Shown here one piece after another: positions 15,844-23,244 of a DNA stretch of 24,000 nt (position 1 is its first letter; each line of letters starts with the position of its first letter). The notes under the pieces are model-generated. The model was not told the DNA's origin and ran no database searches. It was given only the letters and a program-made list of their open reading frames with translations. The translations under genes were made by a program, and so were the position numbers. Source of the DNA: Treponema lecithinolyticum ATCC 700332 (lineage in GTDB: Bacteria; Spirochaetota; Spirochaetia; Treponematales; Treponemataceae); NCBI RefSeq assembly GCF_000468055.1, contig NZ_KI260569.1, forward strand, positions 124,967-148,966, given 5' to 3'.

Positions 15844-16904
15844 AAAGCCGAAAGCTTTACGTGTATGTCTTTTTTTTAACCTTTATAGCGGCAGCCCTGC
15901 CTTGCAGCGAACAAAGCAGTCGTGAGAATACTGAGAATACGCGCACAAAAGCTTACGTTCCGCTCGATATGCCTTACAGCGACCACCGTCTTATAGAAAA
16001 ACAACGAAAAGAATTTTTATCCGATTCCGGTAAAAAATGGCTGACCGGCGTTGTGCAGCGCTCAGCAATATACCGCCCCTACATACGTAGTAAACTTGCC
16101 CAATACGGATTGCCGCAATGCCTTGAATTTTTGCCGATTATAGAATCGGCTTACAACCCGCATGCGGTTTCCAAATCAGGTGCAACCGGTTTGTGGCAGT
16201 TTATGGATAACAGCATAGCCGGCTTTTTGCAAAAAAACGAATGGGTGGACGAGCGCAAAGACCCGTGGTTCAGCACGGAAGCGGCAGCAAAAAAATTAAA
16301 AAACAATTACACTTTTTTTTCAAATTGGGAACTTGCACTCGCCGCATACAATATGGGCTTGGGCGGTATGCAAAAACTGATAAAAAAAACGGGACATAAA
16401 AACTTTTGGTATTTAGCCGACCACGGACTTTTACGGTCAGAAACCAAAAATTACGTACCCAAATTCATAGCTATTGCAGATTTAATTACCAATGCCGAGT
16501 ATTACGGCTTGGATATTCCCTCATACGACAGCGACGCGGGTTTGAATTTCGGTGAATGCATGCTGACAAAACAAATCAGCCTCGAAATTCTTGCAAAGGA
16601 TACGGGCATTGACTACAATGTGTATAAATTATTAAATCCGTCATTGCGTTACCAATTAACTCCGCCGGGCACGGTATACAGACTGCGCATTCCTTCAAAC
16701 TGCGAACAATTGGTATTGCACGCGCTGACAAACCAGCAAACCGGCGATTTTGCCCGTATTTATACGGTAAAACAGGGAGACACGTTGTGGGGTTTGGCAA
16801 AACGCTTCGGGACAAGCGTAGAAAGTTTGTGCGCTATGAATAACCGAAACCCAAACACAATTTTACGTATAGGAACGGTATTATTTGTGCCGATACTTAA
16901 ATAA
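15840..16904 (+). CDS. Lytic transglycosylase (SLT domain) with a C-terminal LysM domain (MltD-like)
   Basis: 354 aa with a signal peptide. It carries the catalytic SLT block [25 protein letters not shown], then AAYNMG, and a terminal LysM ([44 protein letters not shown]). Confidence 0.85.
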   Translation: MKSRKLYVYVFFLTFIAAALPCSEQSSRENTENTRTKAYVPLDMPYSDHRLIEKQRKEFLSDSGKKWLTGVVQRSAIYRPYIRSKLAQYGLPQCLEFLPIIESAYNPHAVSKSGATGLWQFMDNSIAGFLQKNEWVDERKDPWFSTEAAAKKLKNNYTFFSNWELALAAYNMGLGGMQKLIKKTGHKNFWYLADHGLLRSETKNYVPKFIAIADLITNAEYYGLDIPSYDSDAGLNFGECMLTKQISLEILAKDTGIDYNVYKLLNPSLRYQLTPPGTVYRLRIPSNCEQLVLHALTNQQTGDFARIYTVKQGDTLWGLAKRFGTSVESLCAMNNRNPNTILRIGTVLFVPILK

Positions 16905-16915
16905 GGCGGTGCGCT

Positions 16916-18331
16916 ATGAAGGGTATAACACAAAAAAGCATACACAGTCAAAATATTCAAAAGATTAAAAACGTTGTGCTGTTTACGGCAATGTGTGCGT
17001 GCTTTTTTTTCATATATCCGCACATATATGCACAAAGCGCTCAAAAAACCGCAAACGAAAGTATTACAGCCGAAAGTTTTATAAATTGGCAAACGGGCTT
17101 TTTTTCATCGAATATTATGCTCGATATGAAAGCATCAGGTTTTACGCTTCCTGCAGGACGCAGCGCTGCAGTTAACCGCATACAACAGCAGCTGCCCCTT
17201 TTAATCAAAGACCCGCTTTTAACGGTTTTAGTCGATTCTTCCACCCAGCTGGGCGATGTTGTTTCAAAAAATCAAATGACCCTTGAAGAATTAACCGGTA
17301 TTATCGATAAAGGAACAAAATCTGCCGGCGTGTACGGAAGACAAACCGATACGCTTTCCGTAACGCACAGTATGCAATTACACTCATTATCTTCTCCGCT
17401 TGTTTTGCACAAAAGTCCTTACGCGCCCACCGTTCCTATAGAACAGATTTCTTCGCGGGTATATACGGGTATTATTATAGATGCCCGCGGCGCGCTTCCC
17501 GTGCACGGCGAATTTGTAGAAGAACACGGTTCTCCCTGTTTGTTTCCCAAAATTTGGGATACGACTATGGAATTATTATACGAGCGCAATATGAGCGATC
17601 CGGAAGTTGAAAAAAAAACGGGACCGGTATCTTACGAGTTTTCTCCTGAACGCGCATACGAAGCAAAACGTGTAGGCAACGATCCTTTGTATATCAGCGC
17701 ACGGGAAATATTCGGCATATACCGCACCGATCCGGTTATTGCACGTTCGGACGCACTGAAAATACTGTCGGTTCCTGAAAACAGACAGCTGCTGCGGCAA
17801 GCAAAAGTAGTTATACTGCTTGACGAACAAGCGCTTGTGCATCCGGTCGCCGCTCCACTAAAAGATAAAACTTATTATTTTGAATACAAAGAAACCGAAG
17901 ACTTTATACATGAAAACAAAATACCCGATGTAGAAATAAACGATACTCCCCGGGGTATGCAAATTTCGGTGCGTGATTTAAAATTTAAAGCTGATTCCGC
18001 CGTTTTGCTTCCTGAAGAAACAAAGCGACTGGATTTAATTGCCCAAGCGCTCAAAAAAGCGGCAGCGGGCAACGAATATACAATTTTAGTTGAAGGCCAC
18101 ACGGCAAGCGTCGGCAAAGAACGCGGCGAAAAAATACTGTCCGTGCAAAGGGCGCAAACCATTATTGCCGAGATGGCGCGCCGCGGCGTAAACGAAAAAT
18201 TGTTTACCTACCGCGGTTACGGCGGTACGCACCCCATCGGCGACAACACCACTACAGAAGGACGCGCACTAAACCGCCGCGTTGAAATTACCGTTGTTCC
18301 CAAAACAACCTATATTCAACGCTTGTACTAG
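16916..18331 (+). CDS. OmpA-C-like peptidoglycan-binding domain protein with a large uncharacterised N-terminal region
   Basis: 471 aa with a signal peptide (FFFIYPHIYA-QS). The C-terminal OmpA-like domain reads FKADSAVLLPEETKRLDLIAQALKK...ILVEGHTASVG...LSVQRAQTIIAEMARRGV...GYGGTHPIGDNTTTEGRALNRRVEITV. Confidence 0.85.
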   Translation: MKGITQKSIHSQNIQKIKNVVLFTAMCACFFFIYPHIYAQSAQKTANESITAESFINWQTGFFSSNIMLDMKASGFTLPAGRSAAVNRIQQQLPLLIKDPLLTVLVDSSTQLGDVVSKNQMTLEELTGIIDKGTKSAGVYGRQTDTLSVTHSMQLHSLSSPLVLHKSPYAPTVPIEQISSRVYTGIIIDARGALPVHGEFVEEHGSPCLFPKIWDTTMELLYERNMSDPEVEKKTGPVSYEFSPERAYEAKRVGNDPLYISAREIFGIYRTDPVIARSDALKILSVPENRQLLRQAKVVILLDEQALVHPVAAPLKDKTYYFEYKETEDFIHENKIPDVEINDTPRGMQISVRDLKFKADSAVLLPEETKRLDLIAQALKKAAAGNEYTILVEGHTASVGKERGEKILSVQRAQTIIAEMARRGVNEKLFTYRGYGGTHPIGDNTTTEGRALNRRVEITVVPKTTYIQRLY

Positions 18332-18351
18332 TATTGTGGCGTGCCGCAATA
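18332..18351. terminator. Short hairpin between convergent genes
   Basis: TATTGTGGC..GCCGCAATA forms one U-G pair in plus sense. It fills most of the 30-bp gap between the OmpA-like and lipoprotein stops. There is no clear U-tract. Confidence 0.35.
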
Positions 18352-18361
18352 CGCGCACAAA

Positions 18362-19045
18362 TTAAAGACCGTTTTGGTTTATCAGCGCTTTAACTTTATT
18401 AACCATTGCTTGCTGATCGGCGCCCGTCTTTAAATCGGCGGCAACTTTATCGATAACAGAAAGCACTTGCCTGTCTAAAGAATCGCGGTCTATCGTATAA
18501 AACACATATACGCGGTATTCGTCGGCATATTTTGTTTTACTGTTCGGCTCATAACGGCGCAATAATACCCACCAATCGTTTATTTTACGTGCACCACTGT
18601 ATTCGATATTCGATGCGGTTTTTACAACGTTTTCAAAATACGTTGCATAAGAGCCGTCCGTGCCGCCGCTTGAAGCGCCGCTAAACAGCGCGTCTACACG
18701 CGTAGAAACCGTGCGCGCAATCGTTTGCGGCATGTTAAAGCCGTTTACCCACGCCTGCCCTGCATCAACGTTTGATGCAGTTGTTTCGGCTACAAAACAA
18801 TATACATTTTTATAGTCATTCAGTTTTTCCAAACCGGTAATTCCTTTTTGGATATAGGTTTGCACCCATACCGGCAGCTCGTTAATTCCCAAAGCGGAGC
18901 CTTTGTGTTCGAGTACTTCAGTTTTAACCGTTCCCGACAATTCCCGTGCTTCCGGTTCCGCATTTTTTTTAGATGCACAGCCTGCAAGTATCAGAAATAC
19001 CGACACGGCTGCACAAAAAAGAACAGATGCTGTTTTAATACGCAT
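18362..19045 (-). CDS. Lipoprotein, function unknown
   Basis: 227 aa with a signal peptide and the lipobox LILAG-C. GGAGG lies 6 nt upstream of ATG 19045. Confidence 0.75.
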   Translation of the reverse strand: MRIKTASVLFCAAVSVFLILAGCASKKNAEPEARELSGTVKTEVLEHKGSALGINELPVWVQTYIQKGITGLEKLNDYKNVYCFVAETTASNVDAGQAWVNGFNMPQTIARTVSTRVDALFSGASSGGTDGSYATYFENVVKTASNIEYSGARKINDWWVLLRRYEPNSKTKYADEYRVYVFYTIDRDSLDRQVLSVIDKVAADLKTGADQQAMVNKVKALINQNGL

Positions 19046-19289
19046 TGTTTACCTCCAGTTAATATAGCGAATGTAACATAAAATAACTGAAAATACCAGA
19101 GCTAAACACATCCGTAGAGCGCAGCAGTGTTCACCCCTGCTGCAGCGTTCACATCCCGTTCGATGCCGATATAAAGCGAGCCGACTTTGCCAAATGCCCG
19201 GGCGTCTTTGTGCATAATGTGCGGATAGCAAAAGCGAGCGATCTTTCCGAATCACAAATTAAAAAGCTTTAAAACGAAAAAATGCTCGG

Positions 19290-19318
19290 TTGCCATAAAA
19301 AAGCGAATTCGGTATAAT
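19290..19318 (+). promoter_or_regulatory. Sigma70-type promoter for efp (TTGCCA-17-TATAAT)
   Basis: TTGCCA is at 19290..19295, the spacer is exactly 17 nt, and TATAAT is at 19313..19318. The leader is about 25 nt and carries GAGAGGAA before ATG 19348. Confidence 0.5.
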
Positions 19319-19347
19319 ACGGTATTCTATTTTTTGAGAGGAACATC

Positions 19348-19911
19348 ATGATTAGAGGCGGAGATATCGCCAAAGGCACGGTACTTTTAATAAAAAATGC
19401 GCCCTTTTTAGTTGTTGAACGCGAATTTGTAAATCCCGGAAAAGGCACCGCTTTTGCCCGCGTAAAAATGAAAAACTTAAAAGACGGTTCGGTTTTAACG
19501 CAAACGATTAAAACCCCCGATATGGTTGAAGATGCAACCGTAGAAACTATAGAAGGACAGTATCAATATTCGGACGGAGAACATCACATTTTTATGGACA
19601 CCGTATCTTTTGACACTGTCAACGTACCGACCGGTTTAAACGAAAATCTAAAATACTATTTGCGCGAAGGCGATACCTACCCCATCGTTATTTGGGATGA
19701 ACAGCCCATCGACGTTAAAATACCGCAAAAAATGGTGTTTACGGTTGCCGAAAGTGAAAACTATGTAAAAGGAGACACTGTATCCGGTGCAACAAAACCC
19801 ATTATAACCGAAACGGGTTTAACCGTACGTGTGCCCCTTTTTATAAAGCAAGACGAAAAAATCTTGGTAAATACCGAAACGAATGACTATGTTGAACGGG
19901 TAAACAAGTAA
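19348..19911 (+). CDS. efp: Translation elongation factor P
   Basis: 187 aa. The N-terminal KOW-like domain has the conserved loop NPGKGTAFARVK, followed by two OB-like domains. Length and pattern are typical of EF-P. Confidence 0.93.
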   Translation: MIRGGDIAKGTVLLIKNAPFLVVEREFVNPGKGTAFARVKMKNLKDGSVLTQTIKTPDMVEDATVETIEGQYQYSDGEHHIFMDTVSFDTVNVPTGLNENLKYYLREGDTYPIVIWDEQPIDVKIPQKMVFTVAESENYVKGDTVSGATKPIITETGLTVRVPLFIKQDEKILVNTETNDYVERVNK

Positions 19912-19968
19912 AATACTTGTAGCACAAATGCAAGTTTTGTGATATAATTACTGCAGTTAATGAAGTGC

Positions 19969-20042
19969 TGGGCGATACTGGGATCGAACCAGTGACCCCT
20001 ACCATGTCAAGGTAGTACTCTAACCAGCTGAGCTAATCGCCC
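19969..20042 (-). tRNA. tRNA-Val (anticodon GAC)
   Basis: The reverse complement folds as a 74-nt cloverleaf: GGGCGAT TA GCTC AGCTGGTTA GAGT A CTACC TTGACAT GGTAG GGGTC ACTGG TTCGATC CCAGT ATCGCCC A. The acceptor, anticodon and T stems pair fully and the D stem has one G-T pair. The T-loop is TTCGATC. CCA is not encoded. Confidence 0.9.
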
Positions 20043-20054
20043 TAAAGATGTTCA

Positions 20055-20083
20055 ACCATAACATATAGCAGTATTTTGGTCAA
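20055..20083 (-). promoter_or_regulatory. Candidate promoter for tRNA-Val (TTGACC-17-TATGGT)
   Basis: In minus sense, TTGACC (20083..20078) is followed by a 17-nt spacer and TATGGT (20060..20055). This ends 12 nt before the mature tRNA 5' end. Confidence 0.35.
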
Positions 20084-20146
20084 GCGTTGTGCTTTGACCA
20101 AACCGTTTTCATTTCGGTATTCCTCGCGCCGAAAAGGGTAATAGCA

Positions 20147-20767
20147 GTGTACGTACTAATATTACACAAAGAGGGCGGCAACACAGAACTTTTGCAATAT
20201 GCGCTTACACGTGAAGGCTGCACTCAAAAAGCAGTTTTTGATTTTATAAGTTTGCTTACGGAAATCCGCTTAAAACTTCCTGATTGTATTGTTATATACC
20301 GTTCTTTTTTTCCGGCTTCAAGTACAACCGAACAAATTACGCGCTGTCTTGACATGTTTATTCCCATACATTGGTTTGAATTTTCAATACTTTTATACGA
20401 CGTAAACAACGACAAGGCAGCCCTATCCGAAATACTGTGCAGCGAACTGTGTACCGAAGAAAAAAATGAACAAACCCGCCGCTTATTAGACAGCGCAATG
20501 CATACAATACATCGGTTACAATGCTTACCGCAGCAATTCCGCGCTGCAGAAAAAAAACTGTACGCAATCCTTATGGAAACAAATGCTGCACTTTCGCTTA
20601 AAGAAATGAGTTATGCACTATGGGGTACATGCACAAGCGCTCACATAAGAACGCTGTACACATATATACACAGAATCAAACATCTTTTACAAGAAGACCA
20701 ATCGCGATCGGAAGTATTGGTAAAAATAAAAAAAGGCTGTTATAAACTCACATTCGGTGAATGGTGA
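20147..20767 (+). CDS. OmpR/PhoB-type winged-helix regulator with a degenerate (aspartate-less) receiver-like N-terminal domain
   Basis: The C-terminus matches the trans_reg_C pattern: AEKKLYAILMETNAALSLKEMSYALWG....IRTLYTYIHRIKHLL.....VLVKIKKGCYKL. The N-terminus has a receiver-like layout (VLILHKEGGN...PDCIVIYRSF). HK replaces the acidic DD pair, and Y occupies the position where the phosphoacceptor Asp is expected. I prefer the GTG 20147 start (AAGGG 8 nt upstream) over the track's TTG 20087. Confidence 0.6.
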   Translation: MYVLILHKEGGNTELLQYALTREGCTQKAVFDFISLLTEIRLKLPDCIVIYRSFFPASSTTEQITRCLDMFIPIHWFEFSILLYDVNNDKAALSEILCSELCTEEKNEQTRRLLDSAMHTIHRLQCLPQQFRAAEKKLYAILMETNAALSLKEMSYALWGTCTSAHIRTLYTYIHRIKHLLQEDQSRSEVLVKIKKGCYKLTFGEW

Positions 20768-20784
20768 ACTGTAACAGCCTTTTT
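20730..20784. terminator. Bidirectional terminator shared by the regulator gene and the che operon
   Basis: A 13-bp inverted repeat pairs AAAAAGGCTGTTA (20730..20742) with TAACAGCCTTTTT (20772..20784). An A-run precedes it and a T-run follows it. The left arm lies inside the last codons of the regulator gene. Confidence 0.5.
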
Positions 20785-20811
20785 AACTTTGATTTTAGAA
20801 CAAGCGGCGCT

Positions 20812-21246
20812 TTATTTTGTACAAGCGGCTATGCGTTCCAAAACTTTTTTGCGGTCAAGCGGTTTAACGATGTAGTTTTTAGCGCCTAAAAGCAAAGACT
20901 TTTTAACCAATTCTTCTTTTCCAAGCGCACTTATCATAACCACGCGGGCATTTTTATCAAACGCCATAATTTGTTCCAATGCGGTAATACCGTCCATTTT
21001 CGGCATGGTAATATCCATCGTAACCAAATCCACATTCGGGCATAATTCTTTGTATTTGTCTACGCCTTCTTGTCCGTCGGCGGCGGTCGCGACCACTTCA
21101 TAACCTTCGCTGGTAAGGATTTGACCAAGCTGTTTTGCAACGAACATTGAATCGTCAACGATAAGGACGCGTACTTTGCTTCCGTCGTCTTTTAATCCTT
21201 CGGGCGGTCTTTCATTAATCGACGGAAAATCCTGTTTTGTTTTCAT
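20812..21246 (-). CDS. cheY: Chemotaxis response regulator CheY
   Basis: 144 aa with VRVLIVDDS, VTMDITMPKMDG (phosphoacceptor D), MISALG and YIVKP. It has a ~25-aa N-terminal extension. It is the last gene of the cheA-cheW-cheX-cheY order. Confidence 0.92.
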   Translation of the reverse strand: MKTKQDFPSINERPPEGLKDDGSKVRVLIVDDSMFVAKQLGQILTSEGYEVVATAADGQEGVDKYKELCPNVDLVTMDITMPKMDGITALEQIMAFDKNARVVMISALGKEELVKKSLLLGAKNYIVKPLDRKKVLERIAACTK

Positions 21247-21270
21247 GATTTTATGTCTCCCTTACTTCCC

Positions 21271-21735
21271 TCAGTTTTTTTCACGGATGGCAACGTTTAC
21301 TTCCAATTTACCGAATTCGGTAATCATCGGAACAATCAAAGCTTCAACTTGATGATCCGAGATTTCCATTTTTTCACCGGTAAACAGAGCCGGCGGCGTT
21401 AAATCGAATTTAAAGCCTAAATCGTGCAGTTTTGTAACCGCTTGCGCCGTTATCAAGTTTGCCAATTCCGTAATGGTAGCTTTTGCCAATTCATCAAAAG
21501 CAGGTAATTCTTCCATATTCATACGGGAAGCAATTTTCATTGCAGTATCGAGCGTCATATCAAATAAAACACGACCCTCTACATCTCCTGCAAGCCCTAC
21601 CAAAGCCGCAACTCCCATTACCGGCATTGTTGTCGATTTAAGATATAAATCGCCCCGCGTTACCTTACAATTTAACACTTCCGATAAAACGCTGTATGCT
21701 GTTTCTACAAAAGGATTGATGTACTCTACGCGCAA
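21271..21735 (-). CDS. cheX: CheY-P phosphatase CheX (CheC/CheX/FliY family)
   Basis: 154 aa. The N-terminus MRVEYINPFVETAYSVLSEVL and the overall pattern are typical of spirochaete CheX. It starts at TTG with AGGAGG 5 nt upstream and lies between cheW and cheY. Confidence 0.88.
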   Translation of the reverse strand: MRVEYINPFVETAYSVLSEVLNCKVTRGDLYLKSTTMPVMGVAALVGLAGDVEGRVLFDMTLDTAMKIASRMNMEELPAFDELAKATITELANLITAQAVTKLHDLGFKFDLTPPALFTGEKMEISDHQVEALIVPMITEFGKLEVNVAIREKN

Positions 21736-21751
21736 AATGTCCTCCTAAAAT

Positions 21752-23128
21752 TTATTGTTTCGTATATGTTATAACGGAACCCTTGGTAATTTCAAGCCAT
21801 TTAATTTTATCGGCAAGCGCTTCGTTGTCACCGACGATAATAAAGCCGTTTCCTCTGATTTTTTCGTAAAAGTCAGTAAGCACATTTTGCCGGCTTTCTT
21901 TCGGAACAAAAGACAAAAAGTCTCGGGCATAAATAATATCTACCGGCGAAACGGAATTGGTGTTTGTACAATCGTGATACTCAAACGATACCGAATCGCG
22001 TATTTGCGGCGCAAACATCATTTCGCCCGATACGGTTTTTGAAAGATAGGGATTATACCAACTGTCGGCTTGTGTAGGATCTATGTGTAAAAGCGGTGCA
22101 TTTGAAACGGCAATTAAATCCGTATCTTGCGCATACACGCGGATTTTTGCATTCGGATAGCGTTTTTTAAGCAAACAGGCAAGCGAATACGCTTCGTAAC
22201 CGTTACCGCAGCCCGGATTCCACGCTTGTATTTGTTTTGCATTGCTTTCGGGCAAAAGCGCATACACTGCAGCCGCATATTCATTTGACCACAGTTTATT
22301 TGCGTATTGCGAATAAAACGGAGACAAAAACGCATCGGCATCCGCTTCATTTAAAATCTGTACGTTTGCACCGGAACGTTCTTTTTTCCACTGCATATAA
22401 CGCGATTTTGCCCAATTTTCGTTAATATCCGAAACATAAAAGTGCTTAAACGAAGCTAAACTGTCCACAATAAACGAAAATTCCGGCTCGTTTATTTCAG
22501 AAGCTGCATCGGTATCGGCTTGTTTTGCCGGTGCTTTTTTATCTTGAGAAGCAGATCTTGCATCGGCGTTTGCGGTTTGCGCCGTTGGTGCAGCCGCTTT
22601 TTCGGCGGTAGGCACATTTGACATATTGTGCACCACAGCTTGCGCACTTTCGGAAACAAAAGCCCTATCGCGCAATAAACCGACATTTTGCTCGTCGTCG
22701 CAGCGTTCTCCGGTTTGAAAACCGAAAATACGGTCTACATCGAGCAAAATGTACAAACTGTCCGACGTTTCCACAACGCCGTAAATATACTTTATGTTTA
22801 TATCGCCGAACAGCGGGTGCGGCGGCTGAATGGTACTGCTTTGAATACCGACAACTTTGTCTATGCGGTCTACCACAACACCGTATTTTTGTTCGCCGAA
22901 GCTGATAATAATAATGCTTTCCTGTTCTTCTCCGGAGCGCTCCGGTACATCGATATTAAAAAACAAACGCAAATCGATAATGGGTATTATTTCGCCGCGT
23001 AAATTATACACACCGATAACAAAAGGAGCGCTGTTCGGAACATAAGTAAAGCGTCCCGCTTTTGCAATTTCTTTTACTTTAAGAATATCAATAGCATAAT
23101 CTTTGCCCGCAAGCGCAAAGGTTACCAT
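21752..23128 (-). CDS. cheW: CheW - CheR-like fusion coupling protein
   Basis: 458 aa. The N-terminal CheW domain reads VTFALAGKDYAIDILKVKEI...VIGVYNLRGEIIPIIDLRLFF...YGVVVDRIDKVV. A low-complexity Ala/Lys/Gln linker follows. The C-terminal domain has a CheR methyltransferase-like layout (AWNPGCGNGYEAYSLACLL...IRVYAQDTD...IIYARDFLSFV...GFIIVGDNE). Confidence 0.85.
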   Translation of the reverse strand: MVTFALAGKDYAIDILKVKEIAKAGRFTYVPNSAPFVIGVYNLRGEIIPIIDLRLFFNIDVPERSGEEQESIIIISFGEQKYGVVVDRIDKVVGIQSSTIQPPHPLFGDINIKYIYGVVETSDSLYILLDVDRIFGFQTGERCDDEQNVGLLRDRAFVSESAQAVVHNMSNVPTAEKAAAPTAQTANADARSASQDKKAPAKQADTDAASEINEPEFSFIVDSLASFKHFYVSDINENWAKSRYMQWKKERSGANVQILNEADADAFLSPFYSQYANKLWSNEYAAAVYALLPESNAKQIQAWNPGCGNGYEAYSLACLLKKRYPNAKIRVYAQDTDLIAVSNAPLLHIDPTQADSWYNPYLSKTVSGEMMFAPQIRDSVSFEYHDCTNTNSVSPVDIIYARDFLSFVPKESRQNVLTDFYEKIRGNGFIIVGDNEALADKIKWLEITKGSVITYTKQ

Positions 23129-23149
23129 TTTAAAGTCTATATTTACTAT

Positions 23150-23209
23150 TTATTCTTTTTTTTCGGCAGTTTCTTCGCCGACTGCTTGCATTTCGAGTGT
23201 ATTTTCCAT
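23150..23209 (-). CDS. Candidate 19-codon upstream ORF (MENTLEMQAVGEETAEKKE) in the cheA-cheW spacer
   Basis: It is below the ORF-track size cut-off and was found by hand. In minus sense, GGAG (23219..23216) is followed by AAAGCA, ATG 23209, 19 codons and TAA 23152..23150. It is in the same frame as cheW ATG 23128. Confidence 0.25.
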   Translation of the reverse strand: MENTLEMQAVGEETAEKKE

Positions 23210-23244
23210 TGCTTTCTCCACTTCCTTACCCCGGTTGCCTACGA

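Noticed and set aside
19049-19255. 68-aa minus-strand ORF in the lipoprotein/efp intergenic region
   Set aside because: It has Arg/Cys-rich composition and no SD, and it overlaps the lipoprotein gene's own SD and promoter region. A different frame looks more protein-like and is reported as a low-interest finding instead.
19912-20146. tRNA-Val as the attachment site of an integrated element or genomic island
   Set aside because: There is no integrase, no recombinase and no repeat of the tRNA 3' end nearby. The flanking genes (efp and the che operon) are core functions.
23150-23170. Programmed frameshift at the A8 tract that would fuse the upstream micro-ORF to cheW
   Set aside because: I translated both alternative frames. 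The -1 frame ends at a TAA just before the cheW ATG, and the +1 frame ends at TAG after 3 codons. Neither frame enters cheW, and only stop readthrough in the zero frame could give a fusion.
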